NCBI GenBank assembly: GCA_963666215.2
Contig: CAXWPL010000005.1
Span: forward strand, 480,001-544,000
Source: Acidobacteriota bacterium
GTDB taxonomy: Bacteria; Acidobacteriota; UBA890; WLXD01
Reading direction: 5' to 3'
Length of the DNA: 64,000 bases
This document shows, in pieces, positions 20,739 through 31,630 of this stretch (within the stretch, counting starts at the first letter, position 1; every line of letters starts with the position of its first letter). The notes under the pieces are model-generated. The model made no database searches and was not told where the DNA came from. It was given only the letters and a program-made list of their open reading frames with translations. Made by a program: the position numbers and the translations under genes.

Positions 20739-21911
20739 TCACTCCGCCCCAGCGAGGCGACGCGACGGACGCGCCAGGGCGGCGGCGATGATGTTCTCGA
20801 TGAGCATGCTGAATTCGATGCCGGCCGCCGCCGCTCCCTGTGGCAGCAGACTGGTACGAGTCATGCCAGGAATCGTGTTGGTCTCGAGATAGATGGGGCG
20901 CTCGCCGTGCAGCATGAAGTCGCTGCGAGACATGCCCTCGCAGCCAAGCCGTTGATGCGCCTTGAGGGCGTCGCGCTGCACACGGTCTGCCGCTTCGTTG
21001 CTGATTCGCGCCGGAGTGATCTCTTCGCACGCACCCGCTGTGTACTTGGCACGAAAATCGAAGAACTCACCCTGCTTCGGCACGATCTCGGTTACGGGCA
21101 GCGGGTTCGGGAACCCATCAGAAGGGTCGTCGAGCACGCCGCAGGTTACTTCGGTGACGTCCATGCCCTCGCGGCTCTCGATCAGTTCCTCAACCAGGGC
21201 TCCGCCGCCGTCGGCGAGGGCGGCCTCGAGTGCTTCCGGCAATGCCGAGGCGTCGCGAACGCGGATCGTAGCGCACGAAGATCCGCCTCGGATCGGCTTG
21301 ACTACGCAGCCCCCGGTGGCTGCAACAAAGGCTCCGGCGCGATCGAGCTGAGCTTTCGTCGGCGCACCTCGCCCATCGACGAGGACGTGCTCGGCAACCT
21401 CGAGCCCGGCGGCCGCGCAGAGCTCTTTCGAAAGTCGCTTGTCCATCGCCAGCGCCGAGGCCAGCACTCCGGAGCCGGTATAAGGAATCGCGGCGACCTC
21501 CAGGAGCCCTTGTACGGTTCCGTCCTCGCCCCCGGCACCGTGCAGCGCCACGAAGACAACGTCAAACAGCTCCGCTCGCAGCCGTTCAAGCACACCCGAC
21601 GCCGCAGCTCGGCTTGTCTCTTCGGTCTCGTGAGTCTCACCCACGATGATGACGTCGTCGACGGGCGGCTCGGAGCTCGGCCCAGGTGCGCTGGGATCGC
21701 CAGCTGTGGAATCTTTCTTTTCGAGATCGGGGGCAGCTGGCAGCTCTCCGAATCGCCAGCACCCGAGCCGGTCGATGAACACCGGCGTGACCTCGTAGCG
21801 GGACCGCGGCAAGGCCTCAATGACGTTGCGTCCGCTACAAATCGAGACCTCGTGCTCTGGGCCGGTACCGCCTAACAGCACCGCCATACGAAGTCGATCG
21901 GAGGCCGCCAT
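20739..21911 (-). CDS. ddl: D-alanine-D-alanine ligase
   Basis: GG.GPEHEVS, LHG.GGEDGTVQG, ALAMDK, FDFRAKY, LETNTIPGMT.TSLLP. Confidence 0.93.
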   Translation of the reverse strand: MAASDRLRMAVLLGGTGPEHEVSICSGRNVIEALPRSRYEVTPVFIDRLGCWRFGELPAAPDLEKKDSTAGDPSAPGPSSEPPVDDVIIVGETHETEETSRAAASGVLERLRAELFDVVFVALHGAGGEDGTVQGLLEVAAIPYTGSGVLASALAMDKRLSKELCAAAGLEVAEHVLVDGRGAPTKAQLDRAGAFVAATGGCVVKPIRGGSSCATIRVRDASALPEALEAALADGGGALVEELIESREGMDVTEVTCGVLDDPSDGFPNPLPVTEIVPKQGEFFDFRAKYTAGACEEITPARISNEAADRVQRDALKAHQRLGCEGMSRSDFMLHGERPIYLETNTIPGMTRTSLLPQGAAAAGIEFSMLIENIIAAALARPSRRLAGAE

Positions 21912-22039
21912 GGCCGAAGGCTAGCACGACGCCGGGCGCCCGCGGAGAGCCTCTCGGCGGTGGATAGCGCTAGACTCGCCGCTCAGTTTCCTCGAGTCCC
22001 TCGAGCCCCTCGAGCCCACGAGCCGCCGCGAGAACAGTC

Positions 22040-22405
22040 ATGACGCCAGAAGCGACATTCGAAAGCCTCCGCTCCCGGATTGCTGCTCGTCCCGAGCTCG
22101 TCGACGAAGTCGACGCGATCTTCCGCTTCGACGTCGGCGGTGATCAGGGTGGCTCCTGGATCGTCGACCTCAAAAACCCGCCCGGCAGCGTGATCGATGT
22201 TCAGGCCACCGAGCCGGCCGCCTCGCACGACAGCAGCCAGACGCCAACTGCCGATCCCCCACCCGACTGCACGATTACTGTCGGGCAAGAAGACTTCGTC
22301 GGCATCATGGGTGGTCAGGTCGACCCCCAAAGGGCGTTCATGATGGGCAAGATCAGGGTCGCCGGCAATTTCATGCTAGCAACCCGCCTGCGCGCGTTGA
22401 TCTAG
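22040..22405 (+). CDS. SCP2 sterol/lipid-binding domain protein
   Basis: DCTITV...DF..IM.GQVDPQRAFMMGKIRVAGN.MLA. Confidence 0.88.
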   Translation: MTPEATFESLRSRIAARPELVDEVDAIFRFDVGGDQGGSWIVDLKNPPGSVIDVQATEPAASHDSSQTPTADPPPDCTITVGQEDFVGIMGGQVDPQRAFMMGKIRVAGNFMLATRLRALI

Positions 22406-22457
22406 TCTCGCTACCTCGCTCGCGGGCGCAGCCGCCTCGGGCGTGCTGACACGCCGC

Positions 22458-22874
22458 CTAGCTGGCGTCACCGCTCGCTTCTTCGATCAAAGACGCGATC
22501 GAAGCGCGACCGAAGGCCGGCTTGGCTGGTGCGGGTTCGCTCGGGGCCGACTCGACGCCAACCGGGCCGGGAGCGCCGTTGGCCACCGCGAGAGCGGGCT
22601 CGGGCTGGGGCGCGGGTGTCGGGAGAGGAGCCGAATCGACCTCCACCTTGGACGCCGCGTGGCTCGTCGGCTCGATCTTCAGCGCCGGTCGCATGGAGTT
22701 GGCCTTCGAGGTGTTGCTTTGGCCGGTTTGTCCGACTGCTGCGTCCAACTCCTCGAGTGCGGCACGCATGAACGGCAGGACGATCTCCGCCTCCTGCTTG
22801 GCGCGCATGGCCTCCGCGCGCTGCTTCTCGTAATGCAGGATCACCTTCTGGAGCTCTGCTCGACCTTCTTGCAT
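22458..22874 (-). CDS. Hypothetical protein (N-terminal coiled coil, Pro/Ala-rich tail)
   Basis: ATG preceded by GGGAGAGG and an AT-rich upstream region; no recognised family. Confidence 0.55.
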   Translation of the reverse strand: MQEGRAELQKVILHYEKQRAEAMRAKQEAEIVLPFMRAALEELDAAVGQTGQSNTSKANSMRPALKIEPTSHAASKVEVDSAPLPTPAPQPEPALAVANGAPGPVGVESAPSEPAPAKPAFGRASIASLIEEASGDAS

Positions 22875-23100
22875 TGGAACCTCTCCCTGGATGGTTGCCG
22901 TGAGGCTATGAAAGATACACCAGATCTCTGTGGGTATTCAAAGAGTTTTAAAAGATATGTATAGTCAGTATCAATCTCTATTAATCACTTATGCGCATTT
23001 ATGACTCCTGCCGTCGCCAGGGGACTGTCTGCGGACGCGAGCACGCCGAACCCTCACGATGGCGCCGAACTCCCCCGCCGCGCGCCATGGCGGCGGGAAC

Positions 23101-24093
23101 CTAGTCGTTCGAGCCTTCCGGCACGCTCCGGTCTTCCGGACAGAGACTCAGCGCGATGAACACGCGCGGCGCGCCGAGCGTGATCCAGCTGCCAAGAAGC
23201 GCGGCAATCGCCGCGGCGGCCGCGGGCTGCATGCCACCACCACCGGCCAGGGGCGAGCCCGTTGATGCCAGGCCCACCCGCGAGAGCAGGTAGATCGTCA
23301 ACGGTACCGACACGCCTACCATGAACCGCAGTCCGCGTTGCCGATCGCTGAGGTGGAGATCGGCCTCCGAGCGGCTCCAGGTACGGCGCGTCTTCCAGAC
23401 AGCCCCCGCCAGCGCCCCGGCCAGCAGTCCCAAGAGGAACGCGCTCTCGACCTGTTGGGGTATCAGAGCAGCAACCCCCACGACCCCGGCCGCGAGCCTC
23501 GGGATGACTCCGAACGAATCGGATCGTCCCGACCGGGTCCACAAGGTCACAGCGGCCACCATCAGCCCGCCTCCGATCATCCACCCGAGTAGCACGTCGG
23601 TAGGAAAGTGAACGCCGAGGTACACCCGCGACAATCCGATGAGCGGCACCATGGAGGCCAGCATCCAGGACAAGCCATGTTGCTGCGCGCGCGAAGACCC
23701 GGAGCGCGTATCTCGCCAACAGCTGGCCGCCAGCGCCAGCCCGCCCCAAACCACCACCGAGTTCTGCGCGTGCCCGCTAGGCAGTCCGTAGCCGTGCGTC
23801 GCCACCCGCTGCAGCTCGGGCACGAGCTCGAACGGGCGTGGATGCTGCAGGATCTCCTTCAGAACCAAATTAAGCTCCGAGGAAACCAAAAAAAGTAGCA
23901 GTAGACCAACGCCAAGACGATAGCTAACGCACCAGATCACGAGCGGGATCAGCAGCAGATAGGTCTCGCCGGCACCGAGGGAGCTGATGCCGACGAACAA
24001 CGCGTCAAGCCACGACGCGGCGACCCCAGCGGTCTCGGCGGTGGGCTGCAACCACTCGATAACAGCGATGCCCCACTCCCAGACAGGCTGCAT
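23101..24093 (-). CDS. PAP2-family membrane phosphatase
   Basis: K..LQHPRP, PSGHA, SRVYLGVHFPTDV. Confidence 0.9.
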   Translation of the reverse strand: MQPVWEWGIAVIEWLQPTAETAGVAASWLDALFVGISSLGAGETYLLLIPLVIWCVSYRLGVGLLLLFLVSSELNLVLKEILQHPRPFELVPELQRVATHGYGLPSGHAQNSVVVWGGLALAASCWRDTRSGSSRAQQHGLSWMLASMVPLIGLSRVYLGVHFPTDVLLGWMIGGGLMVAAVTLWTRSGRSDSFGVIPRLAAGVVGVAALIPQQVESAFLLGLLAGALAGAVWKTRRTWSRSEADLHLSDRQRGLRFMVGVSVPLTIYLLSRVGLASTGSPLAGGGGMQPAAAAAIAALLGSWITLGAPRVFIALSLCPEDRSVPEGSND

Positions 24094-24146
24094 CGACGCC
24101 TCACTTTCTCATCGGCTCGTCAGAAACCATGAGCCGACTCAGCCAC

Positions 24147-25124
24147 TCAGCCCTCGATGGTCTCGACGGCCTCGACAGCCACCTGAAAGCGATCCAGAGC
24201 AACGTTGCCACCTGAGACCACAGCGACGAGCTCGCCACCCGGGCCGCAGCCACCCTGTAGCACGGCGGCCGTAGCAACGGCTCCTCCACCCTCCACGAGC
24301 AGGCGGTGCTCGTGTAGAAGAAAGGCCATCGCGCCGCCGATCGCGTGCTCGTCGACGGCGACGTAGTCGTCCACCAGCTCGCTGACGAGCCGCATCGTAT
24401 GGTCGTTCGTCTTGCCAATGCCACCGGCAAGCGCGGTAGCCAGAGTGGGTGTTTCTGGAAGCTCCATCGGGCGCCCGGCGGCCAGGCTCTCGATCATGAC
24501 GTTGCAGCGCTCGGCATACGCCGCAATAACACGAATCTGTGGCCGCGCTCTCTTGAGTGCCATCGCGATGCCGGCAATCAAGCCGCCACCCGAGAGCGGC
24601 ACCACAACCGCTTCCAGGTTCGGGCGCTGCTCCAGGAGCTCGCGCCCAATCGTTCCCTGCCCGGCGATGACCAACGGATCGTCGAAGGGGTGGACATAAA
24701 CCAGATTGCGCTCGACGTGCAGGCGCCACGACACCTCTTCGGCCTCGTCGGCAGTCTTGCCCTCCACCACGGCCTCAGCCCCGGAGTCGCGGATGGACCG
24801 CAGCTTGACCGGATCGACCCACTCCGGAACACAAACGGTGGCGGGCACCTTTTCGCGACCGGCAACGTAGGCGGTCGCGAGCCCGTGGTTGCCGCTCGAG
24901 CACGCGATGACGCCGCGAGCGCGTTCCTCGGGCGTCAGCGAAAGGATCTTGTTGGTGGCGCCACGGACCTTGAACGAGCCGGTCTGTTGCAGGCACTCGA
25001 GCTTGAGGTGAACATCGCGCCCGGCGACCTTGCTCAGCGCCGCCGCCGGCAGGACGGGCGTAACGTGGGCCATCCGGTAAACGCGTTCGGCGGCTCCTTC
25101 GATGTCGTAAGTTTCGTCGTGCAT
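24147..25124 (-). CDS. Threonine/serine dehydratase (PLP fold II)
   Basis: KLECLQQTGSFKVRGA, SSGNHG, HPFDD..VIAGQGT, GGGLIAG, SGGN. Confidence 0.9.
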   Translation of the reverse strand: MHDETYDIEGAAERVYRMAHVTPVLPAAALSKVAGRDVHLKLECLQQTGSFKVRGATNKILSLTPEERARGVIACSSGNHGLATAYVAGREKVPATVCVPEWVDPVKLRSIRDSGAEAVVEGKTADEAEEVSWRLHVERNLVYVHPFDDPLVIAGQGTIGRELLEQRPNLEAVVVPLSGGGLIAGIAMALKRARPQIRVIAAYAERCNVMIESLAAGRPMELPETPTLATALAGGIGKTNDHTMRLVSELVDDYVAVDEHAIGGAMAFLLHEHRLLVEGGGAVATAAVLQGGCGPGGELVAVVSGGNVALDRFQVAVEAVETIEG

Positions 25125-25174
25125 GAGTCCCTACCGTTTTGTCCTGTCATCAAGGAAACCGTCGCAATCATCGA

Positions 25175-26185
25175 ATGATCGCACTCTGGCTCGAGAACGG
25201 CGCACTCCGATTGCGCGACGACCTACCCAGCCCCGAGCTCGGCCGAGAAGATGCCCTGCTCAGGGTACGCCGCGCCGGCATTTGTAACACCGACCTCGAG
25301 CTCCTTCGTGGTTACGCTTCGTTTGTCGGTATTCCGGGGCACGAGCTGGTGGCCAACGTCGTCGACGGGCCTACCGCGCTGATGGGCAAGCGGGTCGTCG
25401 CCGAAATCAACATCGGCTGCGGTGAGTGTCACCGCTGTATCGAAGACCGCCCACGCCACTGCGAGAACCGCCGCGCCCTGGGCATCCACGGTCGCGACGG
25501 CGGCTTCGCCGAGCTCATTCCTGTCCCCACGGTCAACCTGTTTCCGATCCCGGAGTCGATCACCGACGACGCGGCGGTGTTCGTTGAGCCCTTGGCGGCG
25601 GCCATGCGGATTGGCGAGCAGGTCGACCTCAACGGAGTCGATCGCGCACTCGTCGTCGGTGCTGGCAAGCTCGGGCAACTCGTGGCGCGAGCCCTGCTCC
25701 GGGTTGGCTGCGCGGTCACGATTGTGGAACGTCACCCCGCCCGCTCGGCCGCGCTCTTGGAGCTGGGGGTAGATCTTTGGCAACCGGCAATCCGGCAACA
25801 GCCGTATCGGCCGGATCCACCCGATCCGCCAGATCCACAAGCTCCACAGGATCGGCCAGCCGGTCGCTTCGATCTCCCGGTGGAGTGCACCGGCAACCCC
25901 GGCGGCTTCGAGATCGCCCGACGTGCTCTCAGGCCGGAAGGAACGCTGGTGCTCAAGAGCACCTACAACAATGCGCTCGAGTGCAACGCCACCGCGCTCG
26001 TCGTCGACGAGATACGTGTCGTGGGCTCGCGCTGCGGCCCGTTCGAGCCGGCAATTCAGGCGCTCGCTGCCGGCGAGATCGATATCAAACCACTCATCGA
26101 AGCCTGCTATCCGCTCGCGGAAGCACCGGCAGCGTTCGAGCACGCGGCCCAGCCGGGAGCTTTGAAGGTCCTGATCGAGATCTGA
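25175..26185 (+). CDS. Zinc-dependent alcohol dehydrogenase (MDR family)
   Basis: GICNTD, GHE, CGECHRC..C, GAGKLG, GSRCGPF. Confidence 0.9.
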   Translation: MIALWLENGALRLRDDLPSPELGREDALLRVRRAGICNTDLELLRGYASFVGIPGHELVANVVDGPTALMGKRVVAEINIGCGECHRCIEDRPRHCENRRALGIHGRDGGFAELIPVPTVNLFPIPESITDDAAVFVEPLAAAMRIGEQVDLNGVDRALVVGAGKLGQLVARALLRVGCAVTIVERHPARSAALLELGVDLWQPAIRQQPYRPDPPDPPDPQAPQDRPAGRFDLPVECTGNPGGFEIARRALRPEGTLVLKSTYNNALECNATALVVDEIRVVGSRCGPFEPAIQALAAGEIDIKPLIEACYPLAEAPAAFEHAAQPGALKVLIEI

Positions 26186-26372
26186 TCGCAACACGACGTC
26201 ACCCCCTTCGGCGGCCCTCTCGCTCGGGCGACGGACGCCTACATCGTCGGGTATATTCCGGCCAAGCCTCGCCACCGCGCGGCAACTTGGGCGGCGTGCT
26301 CGCGTGCGAGCAAAGTGATCTCGATTTCGATCCTCTCGATCCGAACTCAGAGCCACAGACCGCATTGATCTG

Positions 26373-27626
26373 ATGGCCTCAAAACGCACCGGCTACCAAG
26401 TTCTCGTCCTCCTGCTCCTGCTCTACACGTTCTTCTTAGGGCTCGAGATGATGGGCATGGCGTTCAAGCTGTTCGGCCGTGGCTTCGCCGAAGAGCTTGT
26501 GGCGCGCACCGCCAATCCCTTTGTCGGCCTTTTGATCGGGATTCTCGCGACCACGCTCGTCCAGAGCTCGTCGACAACGACGTCGATGACGGTTGCGCTT
26601 GTCGCCGGGGGAGCGCTGACCATCGAGGGCGCCATTCCGGTCGTCATGGGCGCCAACATCGGGACGTCTGTAACGAACACGCTGGTCTCGCTCGCGCACG
26701 TTAGCCGCCGCGAGGAGTTCCAACGTGCGTTCGCGGGCGCCACCATCCACGACTTCTTCAACTGGATGACGGTGCTCCTGCTGCTGCCGCTCGAGATCGC
26801 CACTGGCTTCTTGGCGCGCAGCTCGCGAGTGCTCGCAGGCGCGGTCGAGGGAACCGGCGGCACCAAGCTGTTGTCGCCGCTCGACGCGATTGTCGACCCG
26901 GTTGCCGAGCTGCTCTCGGATGCGGGTGGGGGTTCCGGCGGCATGACGTTGATCATCGGTATCGTTCTACTGATGTCGGCGCTCAAGTTCCTCGTTGACG
27001 TCCTCAAGGCGGTGATGTCGGAGCGCGCCGGGCAGGTCCTGCATCGGACTCTGTTCCGCTCCGCCCTGGCGGCGATTGGCGCCGGCGCGATCATGACGGT
27101 CATGGTGCAGAGCAGCTCGATCACGACCTCGGTCATGGTGCCGCTCGTCGGGGCTGGCGTGGTGACGCTCGAGCAGCTCTTTCCCTTCACCCTGGGGGCC
27201 AACATCGGCACCACGGTCACCGCCATGCTGGCCGCCCTCGCCACCGGCAGCGGCGCGGCCGTTACTGTGGCGTTCTCGCACCTGCTGTTCAATCTGACCG
27301 GGACCCTCGTGATCTATGGAATCCCACCGCTGAGGCGAATCCCGCTACGACTGGCGCGCGCCATCGGGCGTTTGGGAGCCAACAATCGTCTGCTCGCCGG
27401 CCTCTACATCGTTGTCTTCTTCTTCGGGTTGCCGTTGCTTCTGCTGCTGCTCAGCGGCGCGCTGAGCTCGGCTCCCGACGCACCACCGGCGCCAACCGAC
27501 GAAGTCGCCGCCATCACTCGACCGCTCGAGCAGTCGGAGGTCGACCCGGCCAAGTCATTCGCTCCAACGCACCGGCCCGCGCTCACCATGGAGGCCACGC
27601 ATGTGGAAAATGCTCTTCGGCTCTGA
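26373..27626 (+). CDS. Na+/phosphate cotransporter (NptA/SLC34-like)
   Basis: Two QSSS motifs and two GANIGT repeats. Confidence 0.92.
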   Translation: MASKRTGYQVLVLLLLLYTFFLGLEMMGMAFKLFGRGFAEELVARTANPFVGLLIGILATTLVQSSSTTTSMTVALVAGGALTIEGAIPVVMGANIGTSVTNTLVSLAHVSRREEFQRAFAGATIHDFFNWMTVLLLLPLEIATGFLARSSRVLAGAVEGTGGTKLLSPLDAIVDPVAELLSDAGGGSGGMTLIIGIVLLMSALKFLVDVLKAVMSERAGQVLHRTLFRSALAAIGAGAIMTVMVQSSSITTSVMVPLVGAGVVTLEQLFPFTLGANIGTTVTAMLAALATGSGAAVTVAFSHLLFNLTGTLVIYGIPPLRRIPLRLARAIGRLGANNRLLAGLYIVVFFFGLPLLLLLLSGALSSAPDAPPAPTDEVAAITRPLEQSEVDPAKSFAPTHRPALTMEATHVENALRL

Positions 27627-28254
27627 CAAGCCCTCGCCGCTTGTCGAATCGGCGTATCGAGATATCTCGACGATGTTGCACCAATCAAGGCACATGCTCG
27701 ACCTGGCGCTCACGACACTCCTCGACAACGTCACCCTCGAAGAGGATCTCGACCGCCTCGACGACGCCGTTGACGTTGGCGAGCGCATGGTGCGCCGCAC
27801 GATCCTCGAGCACCTGAGCATCAACCCGGGCGTCGACCTGGTGGCCAGCCTGCTACTGCTCAGCACGGTCCAGGATGCCGAGCGCATCGGCGACTTTGCC
27901 CGCGGGCTCGTTGAGGTGTCCGAAATGGCCAAGAGCCCACGCACCGGTGAGTTCGCGGCCGATCTCCGCGCGATGGCCGACAGGCTGCGCCCGATGTTCG
28001 ACGATGCCGAAGTGGCGTTCCGCGAGGATGACTCCAAACGCGCCGCGGGGGTCATCGCCGCACACGGCGAGCTGCGGCAGGACCTCAAGGCCTACCGCGC
28101 CCGTGCCGCGGCCAGCGACCTGACGGCTGACATGGCAATGGTGTACGCCAGCTCGGCACAGATCCTCCGACGGGTCGGCGCTCACCTTTCGAACATCGCT
28201 TCGACCGTGGTGCAGCCGTTCGATCGCATCCGCCATGGAGACGAAGACAGTTGA
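27601..28254 (+). CDS. PhoU-domain protein
   Basis: ERIGD and RRVGAH..NIA helical repeats; coupled to the Na/Pi transporter. Confidence 0.8.
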   Translation: MWKMLFGSDKPSPLVESAYRDISTMLHQSRHMLDLALTTLLDNVTLEEDLDRLDDAVDVGERMVRRTILEHLSINPGVDLVASLLLLSTVQDAERIGDFARGLVEVSEMAKSPRTGEFAADLRAMADRLRPMFDDAEVAFREDDSKRAAGVIAAHGELRQDLKAYRARAAASDLTADMAMVYASSAQILRRVGAHLSNIASTVVQPFDRIRHGDEDS

Positions 28255-28329
28255 CGGTGAGGGTTCCGTAGCAATGACCTCGTCGGTCTCCTTCCCGTAT
28301 CGCGATCTCGCCACCCGTCGTAGAGGCCA

Positions 28330-29493
28330 ATGATGAGCAAGACCTTCGAGCGCATCGAGACCAAGCTGATACACGCCGGCGAGCCGGAGCCCCGTATCGA
28401 GGGCGCGGTAACGATGCCGGTGTTCCAGTCGGCCACCTTCCTCTCTGGAACCGGCGCCGACAACTACCACGATGTCCGTTACGTCCGCCTCAACAACACC
28501 CCCAACCACGACGCGCTGCACGCCAAGATGGCGGCGCTCGAGAACGCCGAGGCAGCGCTCGTCACAAGCAGCGGCATGGCGGCAATCAGCACCACGCTGC
28601 GCACATTCCTGTCCAGCGGCGACCACCTGCTGGTCCAGAACTGCCTGTACGGCGGCACCCACGAGCTCTTCACGCTCGACTATCCCGAGCTCGGCATCGA
28701 GCACGACGTGTTCGACCCACGCGCCCCCGACACCTGGGCGGCGTTGCTGCGACCCACGACGAAGGTCATCTACGCCGAGACCATCACCAACCCTCTCATG
28801 GAGGTCGGGGAGCTCGACGCCATCGCCGCATTCGCACGCCAGCACGGGCTCATCTCGATGATCGACAACACCTTCGCCAGCCCCATCAACTTCAGGCCCG
28901 CCGAGCACGGCTTCGACCTGTCGCTGCACAGCGCCACCAAGTACCTCAACGGCCACAGCGACATCGCCGCCGGCGTGGCCATAGGCCCCGCCGACCTCAT
29001 CGAACGCGTGCGCCTCAAGCTCAATCTCTTCGGCGGCACCCTCGATCCGCACGCCTGTTTCCTGCTCAACCGCGGTGTCAAAACACTGGCGCTCCGAGTC
29101 CGCGCGCAGTGCGACAACGCCCAACGCATCGCGGAGTTTCTCGACGCCCACCCGCGCGTCGCCCACGTCAACTATCCCGGGTTGGCCAGCGACCCCGATC
29201 ACGAGCGCGCCACGACGCTGCTCGACGGCTTCGGCGGCATGCTCTCATTCGAGGTCGACGGCGACGCGTCTGAAGCCCAAGCCGTCATGGGAGCCGCGCA
29301 GATCGCCATCGATGCCCCGAGCCTCGGCGGCCCTGAGACGTTGGTTACACGCCCCTCCGCCACTTCGCACGCCTGCCTCACCCCGCAAGAGCGCGAGACT
29401 GCCGGGATCTCCGACGGACTCATCCGCATGTCGGTCGGCATCGAGGCGGCCGAAGACCTCATCGCCGACCTCGCCCAGGCGCTAGAGCGCTAG
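28330..29493 (+). CDS. Cys/Met metabolism PLP enzyme (cystathionine/methionine gamma-lyase family)
   Basis: SSGMAAI, ETITNP, DNTFASP, HSATKYLNGHSD, SLGGPE, R.SVGIE. Confidence 0.92.
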   Translation: MMSKTFERIETKLIHAGEPEPRIEGAVTMPVFQSATFLSGTGADNYHDVRYVRLNNTPNHDALHAKMAALENAEAALVTSSGMAAISTTLRTFLSSGDHLLVQNCLYGGTHELFTLDYPELGIEHDVFDPRAPDTWAALLRPTTKVIYAETITNPLMEVGELDAIAAFARQHGLISMIDNTFASPINFRPAEHGFDLSLHSATKYLNGHSDIAAGVAIGPADLIERVRLKLNLFGGTLDPHACFLLNRGVKTLALRVRAQCDNAQRIAEFLDAHPRVAHVNYPGLASDPDHERATTLLDGFGGMLSFEVDGDASEAQAVMGAAQIAIDAPSLGGPETLVTRPSATSHACLTPQERETAGISDGLIRMSVGIEAAEDLIADLAQALER

Positions 29494-29626
29494 AGATCGG
29501 CTGGCAGACGCGTCGAGCGGCCTTGGCCGTAGGGGGCGGCCTGTCGCCAGAAGAGCCGCCGCCCTGGTTGCCGGTTGCGATCAGCGCTCCTGGGCAAGCG
29601 ACGGCGACGGCGGTGACAATCGCCCG

Positions 29627-30154
29627 CTACACCGATAGACGCTGGCGAAGGACCTCGCACAGAGCCACAGCCACCGAATTGGCCAGGTTGAGCGAGCGGA
29701 CTCGCTGACCGACGATTGGAATCCTCACCATCCGATCGGCGTAGCGATCACGCGTTTCGTTGGAAAATCCTGCCGATTCGCGTCCGAACAGAAGCACGGT
29801 CCGCCGCGGGTACTCGACGTCCCACAGCAAGCGCTTGCCTTCGGCGCTGAAGAACCACGGCTCACCGAGCTCGGGCAGCCGCGACTCGATGTGCTCCCAG
29901 GAGCCCCACACCTGGGGCTGAACATGACGCCAGTAGTCAAGACCAGCACGCCGGACATGGGCGTCGTCGAGCGAGAATCCGAGTGGCTCCACGAGGTGCA
30001 GCTGCGCCCCGGTGGCCAGGCAGGAGCGTCCGATGTTGCCGGTGTTGCCGTGGATCTCCGGCTCCACGAGCACAACGTGCAGGGCGTCGTTTGCTCCACC
30101 CGTGTCCGTTTCCAGAGCCGTGTCTGTTGATCCTTCTGAAGTCGGGCCGCTCAT
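29627..30154 (-). CDS. trmL: tRNA (cytidine/uridine(34)-2'-O)-methyltransferase
   Basis: PEIHGNTGNIGR.C, RRAGLDYW, FGRESAG, RSLNLANSV. Confidence 0.92.
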   Translation of the reverse strand: MSGPTSEGSTDTALETDTGGANDALHVVLVEPEIHGNTGNIGRSCLATGAQLHLVEPLGFSLDDAHVRRAGLDYWRHVQPQVWGSWEHIESRLPELGEPWFFSAEGKRLLWDVEYPRRTVLLFGRESAGFSNETRDRYADRMVRIPIVGQRVRSLNLANSVAVALCEVLRQRLSV

Positions 30155-30322
30155 CGCCCGGCGAGTGTATTCGACGGGCGCGACGCGGGGAGAATCGGCC
30201 GGCATCGATGTTGACGCGAGCTCGAGAATAAGGGCCTCGGCGAAACGTTCTCGCCGAGGCCCTGATTACCGCGATCACGACGGTCTATCCCCCGTCTCCG
30301 GAGGGCAGCCGTCGGGATCGAC

Positions 30323-31630
30323 CTACAGTGTTTTGGCGATCTCGGGACGAGCCTTGGTGCGTCCGCCGCTCGAGACCTGTTCTTCTTCGCCCTGTTCGCC
30401 CTCTTCCCCGTCTTCGTTGTCGGCGTCGTCGTGATCATGATCGTGGTCCGACCAGATACCGAACGGCAGATCACCGAACTCGAATTCGAAGCCGTGCAGG
30501 TCGAGGTCATCGAGCTTGAAGTCCCAGACGGCGCCTTCTGCACCGTCGCCGGTCCAGTCGCGGCGGAACTCGAAGAGCTCGTTGGCGTGGTCGCCGAACC
30601 CAATGCTGCCCTCGTCGCCATCGAAGAAGAAGACGCTCGGACCTTCGTGCTCCTCGCCCTCTTCGTGTTGATGGGGGTCGCCCTCGCGCAGCGTTCGAGT
30701 CAGGACACCGAACGGATGCCGCCGCATCTCGTCCGCCTTGTCGCGCTGTTCGGGGGTCAGGATCGCGCGGATCTGCTGACGCAGCCGCAGACCGGCAACG
30801 CGATCTTCAACGCGCATCCGCGAGATCTGCTCCATCTGGGTTTGAACGGCCCCGAGGTCGGCTTCGTATTCGTTTTCGAGCAAGGAGTCGAGGTCGAGCT
30901 CCGCCACCTCGATCGCCGCCTGGCGTTCGATCTCAGCTCGGCGATGATCACGCTCGGCGGAGCGGATACCGTCCTGCTGGTCGTCGGTCAGCTCCAGCTC
31001 CTCAGCGCGGGCCAGGATCGCATCGGCGGAGTTGGACCCTCTCCGCAGGAGCATGCCCGGAGCAGAGATCCGCACGCGCGGTGCGGATCGCACCGAGAAT
31101 CGTCGATCCTGCAGTCCGGACCGCAGACCTTCGAGCGCGTGCCGCCTGGCGATCACAGCGCTTTCCATCGCCTGCTGCGCGCTGTGCAGCGCCTCTCGGT
31201 GTGCAACGCCCCCAGCGCGCTGCCCCTCCACTGCTCGCTCGAGTAGCTCTCGTGTGCGCGCCAAACGCTCATTCGCGACGCCGGTTCGCTCATGAAGACT
31301 GGCCTCGAGGCCGGCGAGCATCCGGTCGAGCTGCTCTTGATGAAGCTGCTTGGCCCCACGTTGCCGCATCACCAGGCGCTCGGCGAGCTCAATCCTGCGG
31401 CGGGCCTCGTCGAGCTGCTTCTTTTCGGGATCGAGCTGCTGTTCCTCTTGAATAGCGCTCGACGTCGGCGAGCCCTCCTGATGAGCGATAGCCGCGTCGA
31501 CCAACGCCACCGAGCCCAGCAGCAGTGTAGCCACGGCCAGACTGGCGGCCATGGTTGTCAGCCGCGAACGCCCTGAGCGTTGCGCCAGCCAGCTCGGCAA
31601 TCGCCGAACCTGATCGGGTGGAGAACCCAT
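30323..31630 (-). CDS. Exported coiled-coil protein with Spy/CpxP-like domain and acidic His-rich tail
   Basis: LELTDDQQ and ILTPEQR (LTxxQ) motifs; DHDHDHDD tail. Confidence 0.65.
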   Translation of the reverse strand: MGSPPDQVRRLPSWLAQRSGRSRLTTMAASLAVATLLLGSVALVDAAIAHQEGSPTSSAIQEEQQLDPEKKQLDEARRRIELAERLVMRQRGAKQLHQEQLDRMLAGLEASLHERTGVANERLARTRELLERAVEGQRAGGVAHREALHSAQQAMESAVIARRHALEGLRSGLQDRRFSVRSAPRVRISAPGMLLRRGSNSADAILARAEELELTDDQQDGIRSAERDHRRAEIERQAAIEVAELDLDSLLENEYEADLGAVQTQMEQISRMRVEDRVAGLRLRQQIRAILTPEQRDKADEMRRHPFGVLTRTLREGDPHQHEEGEEHEGPSVFFFDGDEGSIGFGDHANELFEFRRDWTGDGAEGAVWDFKLDDLDLHGFEFEFGDLPFGIWSDHDHDHDDADNEDGEEGEQGEEEQVSSGGRTKARPEIAKTL

